Shown here in pieces: positions 47,680 to 58,916 of a stretch of DNA of 64,000 nucleotides; the stretch's first letter is position 1; each line of letters starts with the position of its first letter. The notes under the pieces are model-generated. The model saw nothing but the letters and a program-made list of their open reading frames with translations, was not told the DNA's origin and did not search any database. The position numbers were made by a program, and so were the translations under genes. Where the stretch lies: the NCBI GenBank assembly GCA_963796125.1, contig CAWCKM010000047.1, forward strand, positions 66,299 to 130,298, given 5' to 3'. The DNA comes from Nitrospirota bacterium. GTDB lineage: Bacteria; Nitrospirota; Thermodesulfovibrionia; Thermodesulfovibrionales; SM23-35.

Positions 47680-48404
47680 TAAAAGAGCCATTTTAAAGGT
47701 CTGCTTGATTGGACAGCCTGGACGCTGGCATATCTTACTTTATGCGCTACGTCTTACAGGATGGCCATTTACCCTTATTATGGCTCTATAGTTAGTTGCG
47801 ATCCCCAGATCCGTGAAACAAACCCTAAGCTCTTTTTTCTAAGTGGGTGCTTCGGTAGATGCTTTAGGCTTCCTCCTCACTGCTGGAGGCTTGCTCACCA
47901 CATCTAACTCCCGCTCCCGATCCCAGTGACTTGATTCTCAGGTTTCGCGTCCTGGGAGTCGCAATTCCTTTTTCCTAATTTCAATTTAGATCCTTTCGTA
48001 AGACATTGCAAGGGTCAGATATCTTGAAAAAGGAACGGCCAGGCTCGTTCCCTCATATTAATATCTGCTATTGATCATTCTGTCTCGCGATCAACAATTA
48101 TTGATGTCTTTCATGAGCTATTAGAGATGCAAAGAAAAACCCCGACAATTCAACACTATATTCAGCAAAACTGTTTCCTAGTGATACCGAAGATTTACTC
48201 TCTAAACCACGTGTAATGAAAAATATTTTCATTGTGAAAGCCTGCTTCCCCGGGGAGCGCAAGACTCCGAATAACACTTAGAAATGCACACCTCGGAAGT
48301 TTCCGACCTCCGTTTAGTGCTTCCTGAAGTCACTAACTCCGCAATCTGCTAAAATAGCTCATGTTACTGATAATTGACATCAGGCATCTCCGAGCCAAAA
48401 AATA
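47680..48404. other. 725-nt segment with no ORF of 60 aa or more in any frame (candidate ncRNA or decayed DNA)
   Basis: The ORF track is empty here. Several short stems are present (48032-37/48046-51 ggaacg/cgttcc; 48071-76/48089-94 ttgatc/gatcaa). It matches no RNA family I can recognise. Confidence 0.4.
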
Positions 48405-48617
48405 ATGAGGTGCCCTAAGTGTAATTTTGATCAGCCCGACAGTGGAATTGAGTGTTTAAAATGCGGTATTGTTTTTGCAAAATATCTATCAATAAAAAAT
48501 CAGGCATCTGACAAATCTGTGGTCATCCCCCACCTTGACTCCCCTAAGGAAGTAAATCACCATTCAAGTAAAATAAAAGCGTATCTTAAAAATCTGCTTC
48601 TTTCATATCAACCCTGA
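48405..48617 (+). CDS. Zinc-ribbon protein (possibly the N-terminal part of the next ORF)
   Basis: MRCPKCNF....GIECLKCGIVFAKY. The downstream ORF's frame is already open from ~48577. Confidence 0.5.
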   Translation: MRCPKCNFDQPDSGIECLKCGIVFAKYLSIKNQASDKSVVIPHLDSPKEVNHHSSKIKAYLKNLLLSYQP

Positions 48618-48633
48618 AATTGGTATATATCAT

Positions 48634-49179
48634 TTGATCGGCAGGGTAATTGTATTATTGGTAATTATTGTTTGGGGCCTCAAATTTATATTTTCTTCCA
48701 TAGAGAGCAATTATTCCGGAATCAGTTTCATGCATCTCATTAACCTTCCCTTTCACGAGGCTGGTCATATCTTGTTCCGTATCTTTGGGCAATTCATGAT
48801 GACATTGGGCGGGAGCCTGACACAGTGTTTGGTGCCTTTAATTTGTCTTTTGACTTTTCTTGTGAAGACAAAGGATCCGTTTGCAGCTTCAGTATCATTA
48901 TGGTGGCTGGGGGAGAACCTCATAGATTTGGCTCCGTATATAAACGATGCAAGAGCGCTTAAATTGATGTTGTTAGGTGGCGTAACCGGTCGGGATGTAG
49001 AAGACTACCATGATTGGGAATTCATCCTTCGCAAAATCGGTTTGCTTGAATATGATCATCTGATAGCCAAAACCGCACACGTGATCGGAGCACTATTCAT
49101 GATCTGTGCATTTCTTTGGGGTGGCAGTGTGTTGCTATCCCAATACAGAAATCGTCACTCAGACAGGGAAGAAAAGTAA
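48634..49179 (+). CDS. Multi-pass membrane protein with an HEAGH (HExxH) motif, putative metallopeptidase
   Basis: About 4-5 hydrophobic segments, with LPFHEAGHILF next to the first. Confidence 0.5.
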   Translation: MIGRVIVLLVIIVWGLKFIFSSIESNYSGISFMHLINLPFHEAGHILFRIFGQFMMTLGGSLTQCLVPLICLLTFLVKTKDPFAASVSLWWLGENLIDLAPYINDARALKLMLLGGVTGRDVEDYHDWEFILRKIGLLEYDHLIAKTAHVIGALFMICAFLWGGSVLLSQYRNRHSDREEK

Positions 49180-49460
49180 TGGCTTTATATAGTCATAGAG
49201 CATAAGTTTCTTCCAGAAATCCAGACTTTCGGGCATGATATAATGATGCGGAGTACAAAGGGAGAATTAAATTAGATGTTGACAAAATTCCTATGTTATA
49301 CCGATCCCGTCTTTTGTCCTTATTTCCAGAAAATACGGGTGCAGCATGAAACCGAAGGAGCAGGATTGGCAACCAACCGAATTGTGAGGACATGATCATG
49401 CAAGGGGAAATTGCCTGAGGCAAACAGAAACGCAAACAGGAGAGCAAGCGAGGTTGCTGC

Positions 49461-50522
49461 TTATATTTCTTTCAGCTTCTCTGCCTGGTAGTGGGTAGTC
49501 AGACTATCTATGATCTCGTCAAGATTGCCTTCGAGAACTTGTTCGAGCTTGTGGAGTGAAAGGCCGATCCTATGGTCAGTGATACGGTTCTGGGGAAAGT
49601 TATATGTCCTAATTCTCTCACTTCTGTCTCCGGTACCTACCTGTGATTTCCTCTCAAGGGCCCTCTCTTTTTCTTTCCTTTCCATTTCAGCCTCATAAAG
49701 CCTTGCGCGGAGAACCTTCATAGCCTTCTCTCTGTTTTTAATCTGTGAGCGTTCATCCTGGCACTGAACAATAAGACCTGTTGGAATATGGACTATCCTT
49801 ACTGCAGAATAGGTTGTATTAACTCCCTGACCCCCAGGCCCTGAGGAGCAAAAGGTATCTACCCTGAGGTCTTTTTCTTGAACCGTGATATCAACCTCCT
49901 CTGCCTCGGGAAGGACGGCTACTGTTGCAGCAGAGGTATGGATTCTTCCGGAGGCTTCTGTAACAGGAACCCGCTGAACCCTGTGTGCCCCGCTTTCATA
50001 CTTCAATCTGCTGTATGCACCTTTCCCCTGAATTGAAGCGATCACTTCTTTTATTCCTCCGAGGCCGGTAGAGTTCATGTCTATCATTTCAACTTTCCAT
50101 CTTTTCTGCTCGGCATATTTTAGATACATTTTTAGGAGATTAGCGGCGAACAAAGCGGCTTCTTCGCCTCCCGTTCCTGCCCTGATCTCGATGATTACAT
50201 TCTTCTCGTCACGTGGATCTTTCGGAAGGAGCATCATTTTAAGTTCTTCTTCTATCTCCGGTTTTTTCCCTTTGAGCTCTTCGAGTTCTTCCTGGGCAAG
50301 CTTGCGAAGGTCGCCATCACCCCCTTTTAGCAGCTCTTCTGCCCCTTCTATATCGGAGAGGAGTTTTCTGTATTCCCTGATTTTTTCAACAAGCGGTTGG
50401 AGTTCAGCCCGTTCCTTTGAGTATTTATGAAGCTCTGACGGTTTCGATAAAACAGACTGGTCCATAAGAAGCTCTGTAAGTTCTTCGTATTTATCTTCTA
50501 TTGTTTTAAGTTTTTCGAGCAT
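49461..50522 (-). CDS. prfA: Peptide chain release factor 1
   Basis: [23 protein letters not shown] (RF1-type PxT region) and [11 protein letters not shown]. Confidence 0.95.
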   Translation of the reverse strand: MLEKLKTIEDKYEELTELLMDQSVLSKPSELHKYSKERAELQPLVEKIREYRKLLSDIEGAEELLKGGDGDLRKLAQEELEELKGKKPEIEEELKMMLLPKDPRDEKNVIIEIRAGTGGEEAALFAANLLKMYLKYAEQKRWKVEMIDMNSTGLGGIKEVIASIQGKGAYSRLKYESGAHRVQRVPVTEASGRIHTSAATVAVLPEAEEVDITVQEKDLRVDTFCSSGPGGQGVNTTYSAVRIVHIPTGLIVQCQDERSQIKNREKAMKVLRARLYEAEMERKEKERALERKSQVGTGDRSERIRTYNFPQNRITDHRIGLSLHKLEQVLEGNLDEIIDSLTTHYQAEKLKEI

Positions 50523-51393
50523 CTGCTTCCTCTATTTTCAATACCTCTTCGAGTGCCCTGACAGCTACCTCAATCTGGTTATCATCAGGCTCTCTTGTCG
50601 TGAGGTTCTGAAGTAAAAGACCTGGCTGTATGAGTACGTTAATAAAAGGATTGGTTCTCATCCTCGATGATAATTTCAGAAGTTCAAAAGAAAGCCCTGC
50701 TATTACAGGAATAAGAACAAGTCTCGAAAGGAATTTGTTCAAAAAAGACCATGTTTGAGGAATGAGGGAAAAGGTGAGAATGCTTACGACCATGACTATG
50801 AGCAAGAAACTTGTGCCACAGCGCGGATGATGGGGACTGTAATCTTTTATCTCTTGCAGTGTAAGCTCCTTTTTATTCTCATAGGCATGGATCACTTTGT
50901 GCTCCGCACCATGGTATTCGAATACCCTTCTCATCTCTTTCCAGGTGCCTACAGCAGCAAGGTATGCGAGAAAAAGAATAATCCTGATGATACCGTCAAC
51001 CAGATTAAAGAGGAGTGAACTCTTTGAGACGGAGGGCAGGATGACACCCAATAATTTTGTCGCATAGAGTGGAAGCACTATGAAAAAAGCTATTCCAAGT
51101 ATTATGGCAGCTACGATGGTGAGGCCCATGATAAGAGGGTTTGACGGATTTTTATCTTCCTCTTCGTAGGCCTTTCGCGCAGAGAACTCAATGGCCCTTA
51201 TACCGATAGAAAGGGCCTGATAGAGTGCCACAGCGCCTCTCAAAACAGGGAGTTTAAAGATTCCGGGAATGTTTTTCAGTGCCTCCCTTTTTACATGAAT
51301 ATCCCCCTTTGGTCCTCTGACTGCTACTGTCCAGCCTTTCCGGGACTTCATCATGACACCTTCTATAACTGCCTGACCGCCAATGTTTTCCAT
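50506..51393 (-). CDS. DUF1385-domain membrane protein
   Basis: [11 protein letters not shown]... and ...HGAEHK motifs. Its position between rpmE and prfA is the classic one. Confidence 0.8.
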   Translation of the reverse strand: MENIGGQAVIEGVMMKSRKGWTVAVRGPKGDIHVKREALKNIPGIFKLPVLRGAVALYQALSIGIRAIEFSARKAYEEEDKNPSNPLIMGLTIVAAIILGIAFFIVLPLYATKLLGVILPSVSKSSLLFNLVDGIIRIILFLAYLAAVGTWKEMRRVFEYHGAEHKVIHAYENKKELTLQEIKDYSPHHPRCGTSFLLIVMVVSILTFSLIPQTWSFLNKFLSRLVLIPVIAGLSFELLKLSSRMRTNPFINVLIQPGLLLQNLTTREPDDNQIEVAVRALEEVLKIEEADARKT

Positions 51394-51401
51394 GGGATTA
51401 C

Positions 51402-51439
51402 AAAAAAAATCGTTAGTCCTGTAAAAAAGACTAACGATT
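51402..51439 (-). terminator. Intrinsic terminator downstream of rpmE
   Basis: On the minus strand: a perfect 10-bp stem atcgttagtc/gactaacgat followed by an 8-T run. Confidence 0.6.
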
Positions 51440-51454
51440 GTGAAGTTCTTGTAT

Positions 51455-51676
51455 CTACTTCTCGGTAGCTATTGCCTGTTTCTTGGTGTATTTTTTCCTG
51501 AACTTCTCAACCCTTCCTTCAGCATCAACAATCTTCTGTTTTCCTGTAAAGAAAGGGTGACACTTGGAGCATATATCGACACGGATAGTGTTTTTTGTCG
51601 ATTTTGTCATAAAAGTCTCACCACAGGCACAGACAGCTTTCACTTCTTTATATTGAGGATGAATTTTTTCCTTCAA
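51455..51676 (-). CDS. rpmE: 50S ribosomal protein L31
   Basis: MKEKIHPQY....V.CACG......ST......[16 protein letters not shown]. Confidence 0.95.
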   Translation of the reverse strand: MKEKIHPQYKEVKAVCACGETFMTKSTKNTIRVDICSKCHPFFTGKQKIVDAEGRVEKFRKKYTKKQAIATEK

Positions 51677-51763
51677 TCTCTTCCTCCTGTATTTATTTTG
51701 GCTTAAAAATTTGTTTTTTAATAGGTAAGTGTAATTGTAATAAATTTCTTATGCTTTTGGCAA

Positions 51764-51806
51764 CCTCCCCTTAATCCCCTCCTTGGTGAGGAGGGGAATG
51801 AGGAGG
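51764..51806. repeat. GC-rich hairpin element (cccctcc-ttggtga-ggagggg)
   Basis: Palindrome read from the sequence, upstream of the nadB start. Confidence 0.55.
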
Positions 51807-51857
51807 TATCAATGGCTTTCTCTTGATTTCCCCTCATCTATCCGTTATCCTTCCTGT

Positions 51858-53458
51858 ATGAAAAATGAGATAGTTGATTTTCTCATCATAGGCAGTGGTG
51901 TTGCAGGGCTCAGGGCCGCCATAGAGCTTGCACCCTACGGGAGTATCCTTATCGCGACAAAGGACAGACCAAGGGAGAGCAGCACCGAGTATGCCCAGGG
52001 GGGTATCGCTGTTGCACTGAGTGATGAGGATGAAATAGGTATCCACTATGAAGATACCCTCAGAGCCGGAGATGGTCTCTGCAGGGAAGAAGCCGTGAAA
52101 ATACTCGTTGAGGAAGGCCCTGAAAGGATTATGGAGCTTATATCATGGGGTGCAGAGTTCGACAAAGAGGGAACAAAGCTTGACTTCACGATTGAGGCTG
52201 CCCATTCAAGAAGGAGAATACTGCATGCCCATGGTGATGCAACGGGAAGGGAACTCGAGAGAGTTCTTCTCGGAAAGGTAAATTTTTTTACATCTATTAT
52301 CACCTATCCCTTTTCCTTTACTATTGATCTGATTGTTCGAGATGAGGAATGTCATGGTGCTTACATTTTAAAGGGGAGAGAAATCATCGCTGTGTCCGCC
52401 GGAGCAACAATTTTGGCTACAGGCGGAGGATGCCAGGTTTTTTCGAGGACAACAAACCCGCCTGTTTCAACAGGAGATGGTATGGCAATAGCCTTCAGGG
52501 CAGGAGCAATGCTGGAGGACATGGAACTCATACAGTTTCATCCAACAAGTCTCTATTCTCCTCTTGCTCCCCAGTTTCTCCTCAGTGAGGCGATGAGGGG
52601 GGAAGGGGCGATACTCAGGAATATAAGGAAAGAAAGATTTATGGAGGATTACCATCCAATGGCAGAACTTGCTCCAAGGGATGTCGTATCACGTGCAATT
52701 ATATCAGAGATGGTTGCAACACGAAGTGACTATGTGTATCTTGACCTTACACATCTCGGGAAGGAATTTCTCAAGAAAAGGTTTCCACGGATTTATTCAA
52801 CCTGTCTCCAGTATAACATTGACATTGCCAGAGAGCTTGTTCCTGTTTCTCCGGCAGCCCATTATATGATGGGTGGTGTCAAGACTGACACCGGAGGTAG
52901 CACAAACATAAGAGGACTCTATGCAGCCGGAGAAGTTGCCTGTACGGGTGTGCACGGCGCGAACAGACTTGCGTCGAATAGCCTGCTCGAGGGTCTGGTC
53001 TATGGTGCGAGAACAGGGAAGACAGCGTTAGATTCTCCTGTTTCCAAAAGGACAGTTAGCATTAAGAGGTGATGAAATAACCGCATTACATGCCACTCGT
53101 CACTCGTTACTCATCTATTCCTGACCATGAAGAAACAAGACATGAACTGAGGAAGCTTATGTGGGAAAGGGTTGGCATTATCCGATGTGGGGAATCTCTC
53201 GGTTATGCAAAGGATAGACTTGCAGAATGGTCTTTCATGCAGGAAATAACTCCTCTTACGAGAAGGGAACTTGAACTGAAAAACATGCAGGTTGTGGCTT
53301 ACCTCATAACAGAGGCTTCTCTTCAGAGAAAGGGGAGTGCAGGCGCCCATTACAGATCTGATTATCCTGAAAAAGGAGAGGGATGGCAGAAGCATACTGT
53401 ATGGAGAATGAAAGATGGAGGAGTTGTTGATACCCGAAGCGTCCGCGAAACAGCATAA
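51858..53458 (+). pseudogene. nadB: L-aspartate oxidase NadB, with the C-terminal helical domain in a different frame
   Basis: DFLIIGSGVAGL, TGDG, HPT and RLASNSLLEG are in frame 0 and end at 53072. ...HELRKLMWERVGIIR...GAHYRSDYP is in frame 2 from 53081. Joining them needs two +1 steps; otherwise the gene is a genuine two-ORF split. Confidence 0.85.
53094..53114 (+). repeat. Heptanucleotide array (cactcgt cactcgt tactcat) at the nadB frame junction
   Basis: Read directly from the sequence. Confidence 0.7.
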
Positions 53459-54849
53459 TGATTGATCCGTGAGATTTGGTCAGCCTGAATGACAAACCAA
53501 GAGCCTATGATCTCTTTTATATTGTAAGCCTTGATCTTTTTGTGCAGGTTACTTCTTTCCATCTGCAGGATTTCTGCTGTCTTTGATATGTTCCAGTTGT
53601 TTTCTTCAAGCCTCTTTGTAATAAAGTCTTTCTCAAAAGCGTCTCTTGCCTCCTTCATGGTCTTGTAGGAAAGATAGTCTTGACTGGATTGTTCGACTAT
53701 AAGAAGATTTTTTGCCGTTATCGTGTCTGAAGGTGTCATGATCACAAGTCTTTCTATCACATTTCTCAGTTCCCTTATATTTCCAGGCCAGTCATAGGCC
53801 TCAATCATCTTTAGTGCTTCAGGGCTTATTTTCTTGGATTTCTTCCCGTATTCACCAGCAAAGGAATCGAGGAAATAATCAACGAGTAAAGGAATATCTT
53901 CTTTTCTTTCTCTCAGGGGAGGAACTAAGATGGGAATGACATTCAATCTGTAAAGCAGGTCTTCTCTGAAGTTGCCCTTTTTTACCTCCTCCTTTAAATC
54001 CTTATTCGTAGCTGAAATAATTCTCACATCTACTTTTATATTCTTGCTGCCCCCAACTCTCTGAAACTCCTGGGTCTCGATAACGCGAAGCACTTTCGCC
54101 TGGGCAGAGAGAGACATATCACCCACCTCATCAAGAAAGAGAGTGCCTTCATCGGCAAGTTCAAATTTACCCTTCTTACTTTCAAATGCTCCGGTAAAAG
54201 AACCCTTTTCATGACCGAAGAGTTCACTTTCTATGAGTTCCTGTGGTATTGCAGCACAGTTCACCTCAATAAAGAGGTTTCCGGCACTTTTGCTGTTTTC
54301 ATGGAGAAGGCGCGCAACAAGCTCTTTCCCTGATCCACTCTCACCCATGATCAATACCCTGCTATTGCTCTGTGCTGCCATTTTGATCTGTTCCCTCAAA
54401 AGTTCCATTTTTGGTGAGTTGCCGAGGAGCCTATATTTTTTTGTCAGGTCCTTCCGGAGTGCCTTATTCTCTATTTCAAGGGTTCGTCTTTCGAGAGCCC
54501 TTTTTGAAACCAGTAAAACTCTCTCGAGAGAAAGGGGTTTTTCGAGGAAATCATATGCCCCTAACCTTGTTGCTTTCACGGCAAGTTCTATATTGCCGTG
54601 GCCTGAGATCATGATTACCGGGAGATCCGGCCTGAGAGCCTTGATCTCTTCGAGGGTTTGAATGCCGTCAATGCCAGGGAGCCATATGTCGAGGAGTATA
54701 AGATCAGGGTTTTGTTCTTTGAGGAGGTCGAGTGCCTCTTCACCTGAATTTGCAGTAACGATAGAACATCCCTCATCCTCGAAAATACCTGAGAGAGTCT
54801 CCCTTATACCTTCCTCATCATCTACTACAAGAACAACAGGTTCTGCCAT
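53362..54849 (-). CDS. Sigma-54-dependent response regulator (NtrC/NtrX family)
   Basis: Receiver domain (VVDDE...[11 protein letters not shown]), AAA+ domain ([23 protein letters not shown]) and a Fis-type HTH ([23 protein letters not shown]). The ~50-aa tail overlaps the nadB 3' end. Confidence 0.9.
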   Translation of the reverse strand: MAEPVVLVVDDEEGIRETLSGIFEDEGCSIVTANSGEEALDLLKEQNPDLILLDIWLPGIDGIQTLEEIKALRPDLPVIMISGHGNIELAVKATRLGAYDFLEKPLSLERVLLVSKRALERRTLEIENKALRKDLTKKYRLLGNSPKMELLREQIKMAAQSNSRVLIMGESGSGKELVARLLHENSKSAGNLFIEVNCAAIPQELIESELFGHEKGSFTGAFESKKGKFELADEGTLFLDEVGDMSLSAQAKVLRVIETQEFQRVGGSKNIKVDVRIISATNKDLKEEVKKGNFREDLLYRLNVIPILVPPLRERKEDIPLLVDYFLDSFAGEYGKKSKKISPEALKMIEAYDWPGNIRELRNVIERLVIMTPSDTITAKNLLIVEQSSQDYLSYKTMKEARDAFEKDFITKRLEENNWNISKTAEILQMERSNLHKKIKAYNIKEIIGSWFVIQADQISRINHYAVSRTLRVSTTPPSFILHTVCFCHPSPFSG

Positions 54850-54867
54850 GTAATCCCTCCGTTAAGG

Positions 54868-56899
54868 TTACCTTATGGGAATCTCCATTGTGAAGATAGT
54901 CCCTTTAGGTTCATTATCCCTTACCCGTATATATCCTCTATGCTCTGCAATAATTCTGTTTGCTATTGCAAGACCGAGGCCGGTGCCTTCTTTCTTCGTA
55001 GAAAAATAGGGGAGGAACAATCTTTCCTTGTCCTCATCCCTTATGCCCGGACCATTGTCTGCAATGTCAATGAATGCCATGTTGGAGGCAAGATCGAAAC
55101 GGAGTTTCACGTCAATCTTCCCTTTATTAGAGATGGCATGGACAGCATTATCAAAGATATTTATCATAACCCTTTTGAACTGTTCTTCATCCAATTCGAT
55201 CAAGGGACATTCCTCCGGCAACAATACGTTTACTTCAATACCCTTATAGCCCTTATAAAGGTTGACCACTTCATCTATTATTGTGGGCAGATGGGACGGC
55301 ATTTTTTTTATCTCCGGCATTTTGCTGAACCTTGAAAATTCATCGACCAGCCTTTTTAATCCTTCAACCTCCTTGATAATGGTTTTTGTTGAACGCTCAA
55401 AAACCTGATCAAAATCACGCTCCTTCGTCTCCCATTTTTTGACCATCCGTTCGGTTGAGAGTTTAATCGGCGTCAGGGGGTTTTTTATTTCGTGAGCGAT
55501 CCTTCTGGCAACCTCCTGCCAAGCGACCGCTTTCTGAGCCTTGATGATATTCGTGAGATCATCAAAAACAACGAGGAGCCCGATGTATTTCTGGGGATCT
55601 TTCAGACCCTTGATAAAGACCCTGAGGATGGCCTGCCTGTTACCGATAGCCACCTTTACTTCCTTGTCGATCCACCTGAATTCCCTGCCCTCTATTCCTT
55701 TGACAAGATTCTACAAGTTCCTCTGATATTATCAAGGACATGAGATCCCTGTAACTTTTATATGTGACTGCCTCTGGTTCTATATTAAGTATTGAACAGG
55801 CAGCACCATTTATCATCAGTATCTTTCCATCAATATCCAGCATGATAACCCCTGAATTTATATTATCGAGGATATTCTTCATAAAAAGTCTTTGTCTGTC
55901 AGATTCAATATATGCGGACTGGAGAGATTCCTTGCCTTCTTTCAATTCCTTCACCATGTGGTTAAAGGAATTCACAAGGAGTCCTATTTCATCGCTCCGG
56001 TGCAAATCAACCGCTACGTCCAGATTGCCGGCAGCTACCTGTTCAGTAGCCTGTGCAAGATTCTGAATAGGGTCTGTTATTCCCTTCGAAATCCTGAGGG
56101 CAATCCACAGGGCCAAGAAGATGACAATGAGTGTGAGGAAACCGAGAATCAGGAGATAGTTGATCTTTATAGGGACTCTCCAGGATTCAAGGGTTAGGTA
56201 CTGTTCATAAGCGGTTTTTATATTTTCTACATTTTCAGTAATCTTTTTTGGTATAACCGACTCAACGACAACCACCCCTGTTTGCCTGCCACTCCGGTAT
56301 TCGGGCACTACGGCTCTCACTCTGTCCCCATTCTCTTCAGATATGACTTCAACGCCTTCTTTGCCCTCAAAGGCTGATCTTACTGTTTCCGTAGCGTTTT
56401 TTGGTATTCCGGTAAGGTGCATGACAGAATAAGTGCCTGCAGGTGTTTCATCTGCCGGGAGTCTCTTTGCGAGATCGAGGGCTCTCTGTTTTTCTAACTC
56501 ATAAAAGGCCTTGGCTATTTCAACAGAGCTGTCAAGAGGCCGTCTAAGGTAAGGAGCAAACCAGCGGTCGATATAATTCGTGAGAAGCCCGCTTGCAACA
56601 ATGAATAGAATAGTAGCGGGTATTAAGGTCAGGACAACAAGGATAACGACGAGTTTTGTTTTAAACCTGTATCCAAGGATTCTGCTTCTTCTTTCGAGAT
56701 ACAGCCTCACAAGGCTTTTGGCAACAAAGAACATGAGGGTAAGAAGGGCAATGATCGTGAGGTTCAACAGAATGAGGACGGTTAACTTTGTCAGGAAGGA
56801 TGCACTCTCAAGCTTTATGTAGTAGAGTTCAACCCAGAAGGCACTGATGATGATTAACAATAAAAGGGCTATGATAGCGTGAAAACGGAGATTTTTCAC
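54868..56899 (-). pseudogene. NtrY-like sensor histidine kinase (TM-HAMP-PAS-HisKA-HATPase), one frame break
   Basis: The upstream ORF has the TM segments, HAMP and PAS domains. The downstream ORF has AHEIKNPLTPI (H box), DNGPGI and GTGLGL. The downstream frame is open from ~55712 (LVKGIEGREFRWIDKEVKVAIGN). Confidence 0.85.
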
Positions 56900-57468
56900 G
56901 GAACAGGCCTTAACCTGAAATGAGGAGACTCTTTGGAGATCTTGAATTCATTTTCAGACAAGAAAATTATGAAGGGACCTATCAATGGAGGGAGTTTTCT
57001 TATCTTTGATGCTGCTGTTATTTTCACAAAATGTGTTCCTGGCTCAAGTTCCCTGATATTGGTCAGTTTAAGTTCCTCGATGCTCAGTGCCCACGCGGTC
57101 AAGGATTCTAAAGACTTGAAACGTTTCTCTATGATGGTGTTTCCATCGAAGGAAGTTGCAACAAACTCACTCTTTACAGGGTCACATCGGATAGTCCTTG
57201 TTATTGATTTACCGAGGACGAATTCATCAGGCCACATATCCCAGACCCTGAAAAGGTCAATGTAGAATACCAGTTCCTTTTCCATTCCATCTCTGATCTC
57301 ATGTAAATATAGGTCATCGAGAGCAAGGGAGGTTGTGACGAACATTTCATTGTTTTTCAGTGTCACCTCAGGCCCTGTTAATTCTGCACCACCTGCCTGA
57401 GAAGAGAAAAATATCAGATATAAAGAAAGAAAAATTAGGTAGCGGACTATTTTCAAATTCCTTTTCAC
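56896..57468 (-). CDS. DUF4390-like exported protein (first gene of the ntrYX-like operon)
   Basis: Signal peptide. ...FYIDLFRVWDMWPDEFV...R.I.CDPVK..F matches the DUF4390 pattern. The gene overlaps the kinase start. Confidence 0.6.
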   Translation of the reverse strand: MKRNLKIVRYLIFLSLYLIFFSSQAGGAELTGPEVTLKNNEMFVTTSLALDDLYLHEIRDGMEKELVFYIDLFRVWDMWPDEFVLGKSITRTIRCDPVKSEFVATSFDGNTIIEKRFKSLESLTAWALSIEELKLTNIRELEPGTHFVKITAASKIRKLPPLIGPFIIFLSENEFKISKESPHFRLRPVP

Positions 57469-57607
57469 ACCTCACCACTGCAAACTCATTCTGTGTATAT
57501 TTTGTTTAGGCTTGACATCTTCCCGGAAATTTATTTTCATTATAGCATAGCAAAAAAGTGTGGAAGTCAGTAGGCGACAGTTAAAGATGTCATACTAAAT
57601 CTGAGTA

Positions 57608-57677
57608 GTCATGCTGAATTTATTTCAGCATCTCATAAAAAGATAGGGACGAGACACTGAAATGAATTCAGTGTGAC
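57608..57677 (+). repeat. Two-hairpin GTCAT...GTGAC element, divergent copy F
   Basis: gtcatGCTGAAtttatTTCAGCatc ... gaCACTGAAatgaaTTCAGTGtgac. Same architecture as the other copies but with different hairpin sequences. Confidence 0.5.
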
Positions 57678-57724
57678 AAGAAACTACTTTTGATAGGCTG
57701 TTAACTTTTAAAACGGAGGTAACC

Positions 57725-58207
57725 ATGGAGCTAAAGGTAATAAGGGTGGAAATCCCAGAAGGGGCTAACATAATCCTCGGTCAGACGCATTTTATAAAGA
57801 CTGCGGAAGACCTCTATGAAATCATAGCGACGACTATCCCCCAGGCAAAATTCGGCATTGCCTTTACAGAGGCATCGGGGCCTTGCCTGATAAGAACCGA
57901 AGGTAACGACAGTGAACTTATAAGTCTCTGTACTAAAAACCTTCAAGAATTGGGAGCAGGTCATGTATTCTGTATCCTTCTTAGAAATGCCTTTCCTATT
58001 AACGTGCTCAACCAGATAAAGAACTGCCCTGAGGTCTGCAGGATTTTCTGCGCAACAGCAAACCCTCTTGAAGTTGTTGTAGCAGAGACGTCTCAGGGTA
58101 AGGGTATTCTTGGAGTCATTGACGGGTTCCCGCCAAAAGGCGTCGAAGGTGCAGAAGATAAGACTCTCAGGAAGGAGTTTCTGAGGAAGATAGGATATAA
58201 GCTATGA
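57725..58207 (+). CDS. Adenosine-specific kinase family protein (PF04008-like)
   Basis: IGQTHFIKTAEDLYE, FTEASG, GAGH.F.ILLRNAFPINVLN.IKN.PEVCRIFCATANP, LGV.DG; 160 aa. Confidence 0.6.
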   Translation: MELKVIRVEIPEGANIILGQTHFIKTAEDLYEIIATTIPQAKFGIAFTEASGPCLIRTEGNDSELISLCTKNLQELGAGHVFCILLRNAFPINVLNQIKNCPEVCRIFCATANPLEVVVAETSQGKGILGVIDGFPPKGVEGAEDKTLRKEFLRKIGYKL

Positions 58208-58230
58208 ATAGGGTTCAAGGATAGGGTTCA

Positions 58231-58325
58231 AGGGTTCGATAGAGATCAGAGTGTCATAGTCTATGAATCTTTGAGAGGTTGACTCTTTGTCGCTTAGTAT
58301 TAATCCTGGCTCCCTTGATCCCTCT
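58231..58325 (+). repeat. ~100-nt intergenic repeat, copy 1
   Basis: agggttcgatagag...gtgtcatagtctatgaatctttgaga.ttgactctttg.cgct.tagtatt.aatcct...cccttga is shared with 60222-60335. Confidence 0.75.
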
Positions 58326-58380
58326 TTGCCATTGGTGATTTAATGTGAATAAAATTCGTCTGGTCTTTTAAGGAGGAATA

Positions 58381-58704
58381 ATGATACCTGAATTGAAATA
58401 TGATGAGAAAGGGCTCATACCTACCATAGTACAGGATGCGGTAAACAACGAAGTTCTGATGCTTGCCTACATGAACAAAACATCTCTGGAGATGACTGTC
58501 GAGACAGGGCTTACCCATTTTTGGTCCAGGTCAAGGCAAAAATATTGGAAGAAGGGCGAAACATCAGGCAATGTTCAGGAAGTCAAGGAAATCCTTTATG
58601 ACTGTGATGCTGATACTCTCCTGATAAAGGTGGTTCAGAGAGGTAAGGGTGCCTGTCATACAGGAGAAAGGACGTGTTTTTTCAGGAGCATTTTGAAAAC
58701 CTAA
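58381..58704 (+). CDS. hisI: Phosphoribosyl-AMP cyclohydrolase
   Basis: GLIPTIVQD...MLAYMN...FWSRSR...W.KGETSGN.Q....I..DCD.DTLL.KV....[11 protein letters not shown]. Confidence 0.9.
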   Translation: MIPELKYDEKGLIPTIVQDAVNNEVLMLAYMNKTSLEMTVETGLTHFWSRSRQKYWKKGETSGNVQEVKEILYDCDADTLLIKVVQRGKGACHTGERTCFFRSILKT

Positions 58705-58754
58705 AGCCAGACAAAGGGGGAAACAATAGGCATTAGCTTTGATTATTTTAAAGA

Positions 58755-58878
58755 GGCGGGACATAGTATTTTCGCTCATTCTCGGTCGCAACGACCTCCG
58801 AGGCTTTTGCCTCATGATTTTTATTGATATTCTCTTTGAATATCGGCAAAAGAATCCGCTCAAATACCACGTCCCGCC
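58755..58878. repeat. 125-nt element with terminal inverted repeats (ggcgggac...gtcccgcc), copy 2
   Basis: Core shared with 1265-1390; its own termini are inverted repeats. Confidence 0.7.
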
Positions 58879-58916
58879 TCTATGCCTGACTCCCGTAAGA
58901 AAGGAGATAAGAAAAA

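Noticed and set aside
47830-47880. Similarity of the minus strand (cctaaagcatctaccgaagcacccac) to the 23S rRNA 3' region (gctgaaagcatctaagcgggaagcccac)
   Set aside because: Only about 25 nt resemble it, and the flanking sequence does not match rRNA helices. That is too weak to call an rRNA fragment.
49193-49447. An 84-aa minus-strand ORF downstream of prfA
   Set aside because: It has no recognisable family, its composition is Cys/Leu-rich and odd, and it lies in what looks like intergenic DNA. It is probably non-coding. I could not support a promoter or sRNA call here either.
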